Source: Vicinamibacterales bacterium
GTDB taxonomy: Bacteria; Acidobacteriota; Vicinamibacteria; Vicinamibacterales; UBA8438
Reading direction: 5' to 3'
DNA: 64,000 nt
Assembly: GCA_965200895.1 (NCBI GenBank)
Contig: CBDAVM010000001.1
Coordinates: 2,484,335-2,548,334, forward strand
How positions within the stretch are numbered: the first letter of the stretch is position 1; the number at the start of each line of letters is the position of its first letter. The translations under genes were made by a program, and so were the position numbers. Positions 26,486 to 34,998 of the stretch are shown piece after piece. Below the pieces are notes generated by a model. The model was not told the DNA's origin, did not search any database, and saw only the letters and a program-made list of their open reading frames with translations.

Positions 26486-28069
26486 TCACTCGGCGACGGG
26501 TTCACCGCGCAGCAGTGGCAGCCGCGCTCGCACCTCGCGCCGTGACAGCCCGATGACGTCGGCTGCGTCCACAAGCGTCTCCACGTCGGCGGGATAGAGT
26601 CGGCGCCGGGCCGGGTCGGCCAGACCGGCGACGTTGCGCGGGGCAATCGTGCGGCGAGCGAGGTCGAGCAGCGGCCCGGAACGGGGCTCCTCCACGAGCC
26701 GGGCCGCCGCCGCGAGGATCCCCTGCAGCACCGGGTCGGTGGCGCCGAGGAATCCGGACCAGGCCCACTGGCCGTCGGTTCCGGGCGGCGCAGGACACAG
26801 GCGTTGGCGTGTCTCGCTGTAGCTGGCCGCGGCGAAGTACGCCTGGACGTAGGCATCGAACGCGTCGAAACGGCAGCGGCAGCGGTAGGCAGGCTCGATG
26901 AGGCGACGCAGGTGGTTCGCCTCCGAGCGGAGCAGCGCGGAGTACCGCTCGAGTCCGGTCGTCAGCCGGACCCGCGTGGCGGTCGGGGAAGCCGTCCGGT
27001 CCTCGAGCAGCAGGCCGAGGCGTTCGACGCCGAGCAGGCTCCAGGCGATGCCGGTGGAGAAGAGCGGGCTCCAGAACTGCAGGACGTGCGGCAGCAGGGC
27101 CCAGCCGTCGCCCGCGGCGCGCGACAACCGGCGCTGCAGCCGCGGAATCACCGCCACCGGGCGCACCGGGACCGCGGTCTCGTATTGCGCGGCGAGCGAG
27201 GGATAACGCCGCGCGAACGCCTGGAACGCGGCGGCGGGCATCCGGTTCGTGATCGCACGAACGGCCGCGGCCCCTTCGACGACGAAGCCGGCGCTGACCA
27301 CGCCGTGATCGAAGGTCAGTTCGTACATCCAGCCTTCGTCGAGGAGATGGTGGACGGCCGCCCTTTCGTCGGGGTAGGGACCGGCGGAGAACGTCCCGCC
27401 GGCGCCGGCCGCGGCCCGCAGCGGTCGTACGCCGCGAAAGTGGCCGTGGACGAGCCCGGTGTGGAGCGAGCCGGGCGGCAGCGCCGCCTGCAGCTTCAGA
27501 TGCCGAGCCAGGAAGCCGTCGGGTCCCGAGGCGTCGATGACGACATCGGCCGGCAGCCGCACCGATCCATCCGGGCGCGCGCCGCGCAGGCGGAAGGCGC
27601 CGCCGCGGCGCTCCAGGGTGTCCAGGGCGGTCCGCTCGAGGCAGCGCACGCCTTCGGCGTCGGCCTGTCGGAACAGGAAGGCGTCGACGTCCTCCCGCAG
27701 CCAGTGCGCATCGGCGACCGCGTCGTCGGGGCTGGCCGCGACGAGCAGACGGTTGCTGTTCGTCGCGTCGTTGCGGTACCGCTGTCCCTGCCGGTGCAGA
27801 TAGAACGTGAATCCGCGCTTGAGCCCGCGGCGGACCTCGGGAAGACGGGCGGTCCAGCGGCCGTAGGCGGCGAGCTGGCGCAGGTCGTCGAGGCCGTAGC
27901 GGGCGGCCAGCCGCTCCAGGGCGATCGCCGCCAGTGGCGTCGACGATTCCCCCAGGGCGAACCGCGGATGTGCGCCCCGCTCGACCAGGGTGACGTCGTG
28001 GCCGATGGCGCGGGCGACCCGGGCCAGGATCGACCCCGCGAATCCGGAACCTACGATGACGACGCGCAT
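26486..28069 (-). CDS. FAD-dependent oxidoreductase with a flavin-dependent halogenase/monooxygenase-like fold
   Basis: The start MRVVIVGSGFAGSILA carries GxGxxG. FALGESSTP. GWMYELTF sits where halogenases carry WxWxIP, so the motif is degenerate. 528 codons. The rest of the 787-aa ORF is an Arg/Pro-rich artefact. Confidence 0.7.
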   Translation of the reverse strand: MRVVIVGSGFAGSILARVARAIGHDVTLVERGAHPRFALGESSTPLAAIALERLAARYGLDDLRQLAAYGRWTARLPEVRRGLKRGFTFYLHRQGQRYRNDATNSNRLLVAASPDDAVADAHWLREDVDAFLFRQADAEGVRCLERTALDTLERRGGAFRLRGARPDGSVRLPADVVIDASGPDGFLARHLKLQAALPPGSLHTGLVHGHFRGVRPLRAAAGAGGTFSAGPYPDERAAVHHLLDEGWMYELTFDHGVVSAGFVVEGAAAVRAITNRMPAAAFQAFARRYPSLAAQYETAVPVRPVAVIPRLQRRLSRAAGDGWALLPHVLQFWSPLFSTGIAWSLLGVERLGLLLEDRTASPTATRVRLTTGLERYSALLRSEANHLRRLIEPAYRCRCRFDAFDAYVQAYFAAASYSETRQRLCPAPPGTDGQWAWSGFLGATDPVLQGILAAAARLVEEPRSGPLLDLARRTIAPRNVAGLADPARRRLYPADVETLVDAADVIGLSRREVRARLPLLRGEPVAE

Positions 28070-29022
28070 CCCGGACAGCGGACGGGAGGACCCGGATCCC
28101 CCGTGAGGTTGAAGCGGCGCAGCCGGGCGATCCGCGAGGCGCGGCAACGCCGGCAGGGCAGGACGCGGTCGATGTCCCACAGGTCCACCGTCGCCACGGC
28201 GGCGGAGATGCCGGCGCAACCCTCCATCGCTTCCTCGATCAGCTCGCGTGTGGGCGGGGTCCAGAGTCCCCGGGCCCGGAGCGCGTCCAGGGCGCCGTTG
28301 CCGTCGCGGGTCGGGATGAGGGTGACGTGTGCGGCCCCCTGATCGACCGCGTGGCGCGCCGCGTCGAGGGCCGCTTCGACTGCCCCGACCGACGGCACGA
28401 ACGGCGGCGGCAGCAGCACGAACGCGCGCATCCCGATGTTGCTCCGGGCGAGTCGCGCGGCGGCCCGATCGAAGTCCTCGATCGTCATGCCCTTGTCGAG
28501 TCGCACCAGAGCCGCCGGGTCCGCGGTCTCCAGACCCATGGCGACATCGAGCCGCCCGGGGATGCGGTCCGCGAATTCGAGGCAGCGCCGCCCGACCAGA
28601 CGCGGGTGGCACTCGACGGTGACGCGGTCGAACGGACGGAGGAGGGCGGCGATGGCTGTGTCGTCTTCCGGCGGGACGGCGCGCGCATCGAAGAAGTTGC
28701 TCGCGTTGTAGAGCTTGATCCCGCACCCGGCCGGCACCGCACCGGTATCCCGGAGCACGGTCTCCAACTGCCGGGGAACCGCACCGCGTGGCGTCGGGCC
28801 GTCGAGCGTCCGGCGCCACAGGTCGCAGAACACGCAGGTGAAGGGGCATTCCGCACCGGCGAGCAGCACCGTCAGCACCGGCGCGATCGAGCCGTCGAGC
28901 CGCCGCTCCTCCTCCTCGAAGTGGGCGATCGGGCGCATCGGATGCGGTTGGATCTTCGGGCCGCGCCGTGCTCGCGCCGCGCCGCCGGCGCGCCCTCCGC
29001 GCCGGGATGCCGGTTCAGGCAC
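28051..29022 (-). CDS. Radical SAM protein (small, no obvious SPASM domain)
   Basis: CxxxCxxC in AGAECPFTCVFCDLW. TIM-barrel-like length. C-terminal CRRC...CPGC pair. The start is ambiguous (GTG at 29022, or ATG at 28938 giving MRPIAHFEEEE). Overlaps the downstream gene by 19 nt. Confidence 0.75.
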   Translation of the reverse strand: MPEPASRRGGRAGGAARARRGPKIQPHPMRPIAHFEEEERRLDGSIAPVLTVLLAGAECPFTCVFCDLWRRTLDGPTPRGAVPRQLETVLRDTGAVPAGCGIKLYNASNFFDARAVPPEDDTAIAALLRPFDRVTVECHPRLVGRRCLEFADRIPGRLDVAMGLETADPAALVRLDKGMTIEDFDRAAARLARSNIGMRAFVLLPPPFVPSVGAVEAALDAARHAVDQGAAHVTLIPTRDGNGALDALRARGLWTPPTRELIEEAMEGCAGISAAVATVDLWDIDRVLPCRRCRASRIARLRRFNLTGDPGPPVRCPGCASSS

Positions 29023-30361
29023 GCGGCGCGTACTGGGCGAGGAAGTAGCCGCGATAGCGATCCGGGTCGCCGAACACCGCGTCGAACGCAGCGTCCGCCA
29101 GCGCCCCGTGCTGGAAGCGGCGTTTCGGAAAGACCGGCAACTCGCGGCCCAGCACCTGCCGCACGCCGCGGCCGAGCACCTCGCCCTTGAGGGCGTACAG
29201 GCGTTCGTGCGAGCCGCGGCTGAGCTCGTCGAACGGGATGCCCTCGGCCGCCGCGATCACGTCCGGTGCGGTGAAGGGGCTGACCAGGTGGAAGCCGTAC
29301 CGCCGGGCCGGCGCATGGCCGCGCACGCAGCCCCGGCTCAGGCCCCCGCTGTAGGTCAGCGAGTGCTTGATGGCGTCCACGCCCCAGCCCTCCTGGTACA
29401 GCATGCGGTTCGAGACGACGCTGCGGATGGTGAGTTCCGTGTTCTCCTCGATCGGGTAGTCCTTCAGGTTCTCGTCGCCGCCGTCGCCGTCGAAGAGCCA
29501 GCGCCAGCGCGGGTAGCGGGCCCGGACCCCGGCCAGCAGGGCCAGACCGACCGTGGCGCACTCGACATCGAGCGGCTTGTAGTCCTCGATGACCGCCACC
29601 GCCCCCCGCGGATCGAGCGCCCCGGCCGGTTCGTCGATCTCCTCCAGCAGGAACTCGAGGCCGGTGTCCCGCACGAAGCGGCGCGCCTGCCTGGCATCGT
29701 CGCCACCCCCGGCGACCGACAGCGTGAACGCCTTCAGCCGCGCCGGCGATTCCTGCCGCTGCAACAGCGCGTCATGCAGGCAGAGCAGCAGCGCGCCGCT
29801 GTCGAGGCCGCCCGAGAAGAGCACGCCGAGCGGCTCGTCCGGCGGCGCGGCGTCGAGCCAGGCATGGACCTCGGCCAGCGCCGCCGTCACGTAACGTCGC
29901 CCGATGAGGTCGAGATCGGTCGGCATGTCGGCCATCGCGGGGGCGAAGAACCGCGTATGGCGCGGCTTCGGATCCGGACAGCCGACCAGCGCGATCTCCG
30001 TCACGTGGTGCGCGGGCGCCATGCGCGTGTAGGTCGGGTGGAACTGGCTCGCGTAGCCCTCCGCCTCCAGGAAGCGATGGATGGCGTCGATGCGGTCGGC
30101 GATCACCAGGAGCGGTCCGGCCGCTTCCTTGGCCAGGAAGTAGCGCAGCGGCCGGCTGAGGCTGCGGACCAGGCGGACGCGTTCGCCCTTGCGGGCGACG
30201 AGCGCGAACGAGCCGCGGATGTCCAGTACCGCAGCCGGGTCGTCGGCCAGGAGGCGCCGGCGCGCCTCGTCGACCGTCATGTTGAGGATGTGCTGGTCCT
30301 CGTCCGGAATGAGGTTCGCAATCCGATGCACCGGATACTCGGCGATTGTGCTGGCGTCCAT
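29015..30361 (-). CDS. Asparagine-synthetase-B-like ATP-dependent amidoligase (PP-loop; no N-terminal catalytic Cys)
   Basis: PP-loop LGVLFSGGLDSGALLL. A vestigial Ntn-like N-domain (RGSFALVA) lacks Cys2. ATG at 30361 (MDASTIAEYP) with SD AGGGGA. The ORF extends to 30388. Confidence 0.75.
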   Translation of the reverse strand: MDASTIAEYPVHRIANLIPDEDQHILNMTVDEARRRLLADDPAAVLDIRGSFALVARKGERVRLVRSLSRPLRYFLAKEAAGPLLVIADRIDAIHRFLEAEGYASQFHPTYTRMAPAHHVTEIALVGCPDPKPRHTRFFAPAMADMPTDLDLIGRRYVTAALAEVHAWLDAAPPDEPLGVLFSGGLDSGALLLCLHDALLQRQESPARLKAFTLSVAGGGDDARQARRFVRDTGLEFLLEEIDEPAGALDPRGAVAVIEDYKPLDVECATVGLALLAGVRARYPRWRWLFDGDGGDENLKDYPIEENTELTIRSVVSNRMLYQEGWGVDAIKHSLTYSGGLSRGCVRGHAPARRYGFHLVSPFTAPDVIAAAEGIPFDELSRGSHERLYALKGEVLGRGVRQVLGRELPVFPKRRFQHGALADAAFDAVFGDPDRYRGYFLAQYAPRA

Positions 30362-30629
30362 GACAGGTTCCCCTGGATCGGATCCCAATCAGCCCGTGGC
30401 GGAAGTCCCCGCGGCATTCGAGCGGCCTCCGCCAGCCCGCGGAGACCGGTATTCACCCAACCGTTCCGAGCGGCGTGTATCGAGGGCAACCGCCAGCCCG
30501 GGGGACTCTTCGATATACTAACCGCTCTGCGGCGAGTTCGCCGCGTTGCCTGCACCGTCGGTTCAGGCACCGAGACCGGGCGAGCCGCCCCGCGTATCCG
30601 GAACTTCGCATAAGGGAAAGGCAAGCCGC

Positions 30630-31568
30630 ATGTCCACTCGACTCCTTCGCCTCGCCAGCCTGCCGGCGCTCGGCCTCCTGCTGCTCACACCGTCCGCGTC
30701 GGTCGCACAGCTCGACCAGACCGCGACGTGGGCCTCGCATCTCTCCAACGAGTACCGCGTCGTGCCGAATGTGACGTATCACGTCGCGAACGGATTCGAG
30801 AACCGCGTCGATCTCTATCTGCCGGGCAACGCGTCCGGACCCTCGCCGGTGCTGATGTACATCCACGGCGGCGGCTGGGTCGGCGGCAGCAAGGAGGGCA
30901 ACGTCCTGCGGTTGCTGCCCTGGCTGGAGAAGGGCTGGGCCGTGGTCAACGTGCAGTACCGGCTGGGCCGCATCTCGCGGGCTCCGGCCGCGGTGGAGGA
31001 CTGCCTCTGCGCCCTGCACTGGGTGAAGAGCAACGCGGAGCAGTACGGTTTCGATACGTCGCGCATCGTCGTCACCGGCAACTCGGCGGGCGGGCACCTG
31101 GCGCTGACCACGGGGATGGTGCCGGATTCGGCTGGCCTCGACCTGGAGTGCCAGCCGCGGGGCGACCTGGGCGTCGCCGCGATCATCAACTGGTACGGCA
31201 TCACCGACGTGGGTGACCTCCTGCAGGGCGTGAACGAGAAGTCGTACGCGGTGCGCTGGATGGGTAGCCTGCCGGACCGGCTTGATGTCGCCCGCCGCGT
31301 GTCGCCGCTCAGCTACGTCCGGGCCGGTCTGCCGCCGGTGCTCAGCATCCATGGGGACGCTGACACGGTCGTCCCGCATCAGCACGCGGTACGGCTGCAC
31401 GAAGAGTTGTCGGCGGCCGGCGTCGACAATCAGTTGCATACGGTGCCGGGCGGAGGCCACGGCCGCTTCACCCGTGACGAGACGATCGTGATCTTCGAGG
31501 CCATCCAGGCCTTCCTCGGGGAGCACGGGCTCGGAGACATGCCCGCGCCGACCCAGGGTCAGCAGTGA
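30630..31568 (+). CDS. Alpha/beta hydrolase (esterase/lipase, HGGG type), secreted
   Basis: Signal MSTRLLRLASLPALGLLLLTPSASVAQ. MYIHGGGWVGG oxyanion motif. GNSAGGH nucleophile elbow. C-terminal HGDADTVVP and GGGHG. Confidence 0.8.
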   Translation: MSTRLLRLASLPALGLLLLTPSASVAQLDQTATWASHLSNEYRVVPNVTYHVANGFENRVDLYLPGNASGPSPVLMYIHGGGWVGGSKEGNVLRLLPWLEKGWAVVNVQYRLGRISRAPAAVEDCLCALHWVKSNAEQYGFDTSRIVVTGNSAGGHLALTTGMVPDSAGLDLECQPRGDLGVAAIINWYGITDVGDLLQGVNEKSYAVRWMGSLPDRLDVARRVSPLSYVRAGLPPVLSIHGDADTVVPHQHAVRLHEELSAAGVDNQLHTVPGGGHGRFTRDETIVIFEAIQAFLGEHGLGDMPAPTQGQQ

Positions 31569-33229
31569 CCCGTTCGTTCCGCCCGCGGCCGAGCCGTTCT
31601 CGGCCGCGGGGCGGTCGGCTTCCGCGCTGGTGCGCCACCGTCGTCGGGCTGGCGTCGGTGGTTCTCTGTGGCGGTGAGACCGCGCGCGCCGGCCAGGTGA
31701 CGGAGAGCGCCCTGGACGAGGCAGTGGCCTCGTTCTGGTCCGCAACGTCCGAAGACGAGATCGCCTCCGCCTCCGCCGCCATCCTCGCCGTCGACCCCGA
31801 CATCGAGGAGATCTGGGCGCGGCTGCGCGCCGGCCGGCCCTACGCGGCCGACGCGCCCACCGGCCGGCGGCTCCTGACCCGCGAGAACCGGGACGGTGTC
31901 GAGCACGGCTACGTGGTGCGCGTGCCCGGGAACTACGACCCGTCGATTCGCTACCCGGTGATCGTCTACCTGCACGGCGGCGTGTCGCGGCCGAAGCGTG
32001 AGGATGGGACCTGGTGGCGCCGCGAGGAGCGGCTGGCCCGGGACGACGCCGTCGTCGTGGCGCCCGCCTCGTGGAACGAGTCGCTCTGGTGGCAGGACAG
32101 CCAGATCGAGAACCTGGCCGGCGTCCTCAACGACCTGAAGCGGACCTGGAACGTCGACGAGAACCGCGTCTACCTGATCGGGATCTCCGACGGCGCGACC
32201 GGCGCGTTCTACCACGCGATGAAGGCGACGACCCCGTGGGCCGCGTTCCTTCCGTTGAACGGCCATCCGGTGGTGCTCGCCAACCCGGCGTCGGACGTCG
32301 ATGGCGAGATGCACGTGACCAATCTGCGCAACAAGCCGCTCTTCATCGTCAACGGCGGCCGCGATCCGCTGTACCCGGCCGCATCGGTGGTCCCGTTCAT
32401 GCGGCTCTTCCAGCAGGCGGGGGTGTTCCTCGACTTCCGACCGCAGCCGGAGGCCGGGCACGACGTGAGCTGGTGGGACGACCAGAAGCCGGCCATGGAC
32501 GCGTTCATGACCCGGCAGATCCGCCGGCCGCTCCCCGCCCGCCTGTCGTGGGAGACCGAGCGGTCGGATCGTTACAACCGTGCGCACTGGCTGGTCATCA
32601 CCGAACTGGGCGCAGTCGAGGGCGAGCCGGACCTGGAGGCGTACAACACGGTCATGGATCAGAACTCGGGCATCCCGCTGGGCATCAACATGATCGGTCA
32701 GATGGTCGACGGATCAGGCCTGCGCGTGCTCGAGGTCGGCTCGGACTCGATGGCGTCGGCGGCCGGCATGCGGAACGACGACACGATCGTCGAGGTGGCC
32801 GGCACGTCGGGTCCGTCGGTCGAGGATCTCAGGCAGGCGTTGATCGGGTTCGCGCCGGGACAGCAGATACCGTTGGTCGTGCAGCGCGGCGCCGAGCGCA
32901 TCGCGATGACGCTCGAATATCCCGCCGAAGCGGCCCCGCGCGGCCGGCCGGCGTTTCCTCGCACGCGTGTTCCGGGACGCGTGGAGCTGGATCAGCGGGG
33001 CAACACCGTCACGGCCTACACGCGGGGGGTGAGGCGGTTCACGCTCCTGATCTCTCCGGAGCAGTTCGACTTCACGCAGCCGATCGCGGTGGCGGTCAAC
33101 GACGTCACGGTGTTCGACGGCATGGTCGAGCCCGACATCGCCGTCCTGCTGCGCTGGGTGGCTGTCGATCAGGATCGCACCGCGATGTACGGCGCCGAGC
33201 TGGACATCGCGGTGCCGCCCGGGTCGTGA
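31565..33229 (+). CDS. Secreted alpha/beta-hydrolase-like protein with a PDZ domain
   Basis: The GTG at 31565 overlaps the upstream TGA. VIVYLHGG and LIGISDGATG (GxSxG). PDZ-like GLRVLEVGSDSMASAAGMRNDDTIVEVAGTSGPSVEDL...PLVVQRG. Confidence 0.65.
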   Translation: MTRSFRPRPSRSRPRGGRLPRWCATVVGLASVVLCGGETARAGQVTESALDEAVASFWSATSEDEIASASAAILAVDPDIEEIWARLRAGRPYAADAPTGRRLLTRENRDGVEHGYVVRVPGNYDPSIRYPVIVYLHGGVSRPKREDGTWWRREERLARDDAVVVAPASWNESLWWQDSQIENLAGVLNDLKRTWNVDENRVYLIGISDGATGAFYHAMKATTPWAAFLPLNGHPVVLANPASDVDGEMHVTNLRNKPLFIVNGGRDPLYPAASVVPFMRLFQQAGVFLDFRPQPEAGHDVSWWDDQKPAMDAFMTRQIRRPLPARLSWETERSDRYNRAHWLVITELGAVEGEPDLEAYNTVMDQNSGIPLGINMIGQMVDGSGLRVLEVGSDSMASAAGMRNDDTIVEVAGTSGPSVEDLRQALIGFAPGQQIPLVVQRGAERIAMTLEYPAEAAPRGRPAFPRTRVPGRVELDQRGNTVTAYTRGVRRFTLLISPEQFDFTQPIAVAVNDVTVFDGMVEPDIAVLLRWVAVDQDRTAMYGAELDIAVPPGS

Positions 33230-33277
33230 CGCCCGGGCTCGACGTCACGGTGCCGCCCGCGCCGTGACGCCGGGCCT
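33203..33277 (+). repeat. Imperfect tandem duplication (38 + 37 nt) of the 3' end and stop codon of 31565..33229
   Basis: Unit 1 is gacatcgcggtgccgcccgggtcgtgacgcccgggctc. Unit 2 is gacgtcacggtgccgcccgcgccgtgacgccgggcctc. Confidence 0.7.
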
Positions 33278-33365
33278 CGCCGGTTGGGACGGCAGCGTCC
33301 TGCGCAGGTCGGATGGCGGGTCCGCACCGACAGTCCGGCGCGAACCCGCCCGCGTTCGCGCAACG

Positions 33366-33863
33366 CTACTGCAGGTCCGCCGCCGCGGCGTCGATTCCCG
33401 CCTGCCCGCAGATGGCGTCGTTGGCGCCGGTGTCGCCGCTGACGCCGATCCCGCCGACGTGGTAGCCGTCCGCGGTCATGATCGGCAGGCCGCCTTCGAA
33501 GTAGATGATTCCCGGCACGAACGCCGCCGCCCCGGGCGTGCCGCCGCCGAACGCCATCTCGCCCCACTGGAGCGTCGATCTCGGGCTGACGGCGGAGCTG
33601 CGCGCCTTGCCGATCGCGACGTCCTGCGACAGCAGTTGCGCGTCATCCATCCGGTGGTAGGCCTTCAGGTTGCCGTGATTGTCGGTCACCGCGATGTGCA
33701 TCAGCCAGCCCTCGGCCTCCGCGCGGGCGACGCAGGCGTCGATCATCTTGCGGGCGGCGGCGGCGGTCAGGATGGGCCGTTCCTCGGCGGCCTCGGCTGC
33801 CGGTGCAGCGGTGGAGGCCAGGATTGCGACGGTGAGGGCGGTGAACAGACTGCGGTTACGCAT
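33366..33863 (-). CDS. GlcG/HbpS-like (DUF336) heme-binding protein, secreted
   Basis: ATG at 33863 with SD GGAGGAG. Signal MRNRSLFTALTVAILASTAAPAAEA. Motifs ...HIAVTDNHGNL...AIGKARS...GGLPI...GGIGVSG. Confidence 0.7.
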   Translation of the reverse strand: MRNRSLFTALTVAILASTAAPAAEAAEERPILTAAAARKMIDACVARAEAEGWLMHIAVTDNHGNLKAYHRMDDAQLLSQDVAIGKARSSAVSPRSTLQWGEMAFGGGTPGAAAFVPGIIYFEGGLPIMTADGYHVGGIGVSGDTGANDAICGQAGIDAAAADLQ

Positions 33864-34150
33864 TTCGTATCTCCTCCGATGTGGTGTGGTTGGTGAACGA
33901 GGGACGCACGTACGAATACAGGGAACACTACGGGAACCGGGACTGCGGCCATGCGCCTCCCGCGGCCTCGCGGATCCGACGGTTGCGACCGAACATGCGA
34001 AGACACACGTTGGACGATCCACATGTCGGATCGAGGCGGTCGGCGGCTACCCCTGCTGAGGACACTGACGGAAATCATCTTGCCACGCGCCCGGGCGCCG
34101 GCCCTGGAATCCACGGGCCGGGCTCCGCTGCGGTGGCAAACCAATATCGA

Positions 34151-34909
34151 TCACGGTTCCTGCAGCTCCCGGACCCAGATGTTGCGGTAGCTGACGAGGT
34201 TGGTGTGGTCCTGGAGCCGGATCGGCGCCTTCGGGGCATGCGCCTCGTAGCGCGGCGCGCCCCGGAACACGGTGGGGCCGGCGAGCTCCACGTGGTTCTG
34301 CACGAGCACGCCGTTGTGCAGCACCGTCATCGTTGCCGGGCGCTCCAGGCTGCCGTCGTCGCGAAAGCGCGGGGCCATGAAGACGATGTCGTAGGTCTGC
34401 CACTCTCCCGGCTCGCGCGAGACGTTGACCAGGGGGATGTGCTGCTTGTAGATGCTGGCCGCCTGCCCGTTGGAGTACGTGCGGTTCTCGTGCGAGTCGA
34501 GCACCTGCACCTCGTAGCGCTCCATCAGGAAGACGCCGCTGTTGCCGCGGCCCTGTCCCTCGCCGACGATCTCGGTCGGGGTGCGCCACTCGACGTGGAG
34601 CTGCACGTCGCCGAAGCTGTCCCGGGTGGAGATCGACCCGGTGCCCGGCCGGACCGTCATCGCCCCGTCGGCCACCGTCCACTCCGCCGCGCCGTGGCGG
34701 CCGGTCCACTGCGACAGGTCCTTCCCGTCGAAGAGCACGATGGCGTCCGAAGGCGCCCGGCCGTGCCCTCCGGGGTCGACGACGGATGGCTCCGGCTGCC
34801 AGACCTCGGTCTTCTCGGGCGGCGGCAGTTCGGCTCCCTCCTGCGCCAGAGCGGTCAACAGCACGGGAACCACGAACACCATCGCAAGCGGCAGATAACG
34901 CTGCATCAT
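34151..34909 (-). CDS. DUF1080 (3-keto-disaccharide hydrolase-like) domain protein, secreted
   Basis: ATG at 34909 with SD GGGGAAGGA. LFDGKDLSQW...GDVQLHVEWR...NSGVFL...YEVQVLD...PIRLQDH...YRNIWVRE. Confidence 0.75.
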   Translation of the reverse strand: MMQRYLPLAMVFVVPVLLTALAQEGAELPPPEKTEVWQPEPSVVDPGGHGRAPSDAIVLFDGKDLSQWTGRHGAAEWTVADGAMTVRPGTGSISTRDSFGDVQLHVEWRTPTEIVGEGQGRGNSGVFLMERYEVQVLDSHENRTYSNGQAASIYKQHIPLVNVSREPGEWQTYDIVFMAPRFRDDGSLERPATMTVLHNGVLVQNHVELAGPTVFRGAPRYEAHAPKAPIRLQDHTNLVSYRNIWVRELQEP

Positions 34910-34998
34910 GCGGTCCTTCCCCAATCACGCCTCGTGTCGCCGGTGGATGCCGGCCCGCGGGGCGGGCGCCGTCGACTGCCTTCCCGAGCCGCCATGGA

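Noticed and set aside
26404-26856. N-terminal extension of the PHM-TPR-2 ORF (875 aa) into the 3' end of the flavoprotein gene.
   Set aside because: The extension is Arg/Pro-rich and overlaps a well-supported gene. Paralog 1 indicates the protein starts shortly before its signal peptide.
26486-28069. Calling the flavoprotein a tryptophan or other halogenase.
   Set aside because: The fold-level resemblance is there, but the WxWxIP signature is degenerate (GWMYELTF). I cannot verify the catalytic Lys. Only a generic FAD-dependent oxidoreductase call is justified.
28070-28849. N-terminal 259 residues of the 787-aa ORF upstream of MRVVIVGSGFAGS.
   Set aside because: It lies out of frame over the radical-SAM gene and is Arg/Pro/Gly-rich. 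The Rossmann GxGxxG motif belongs at the very N-terminus of this enzyme class.
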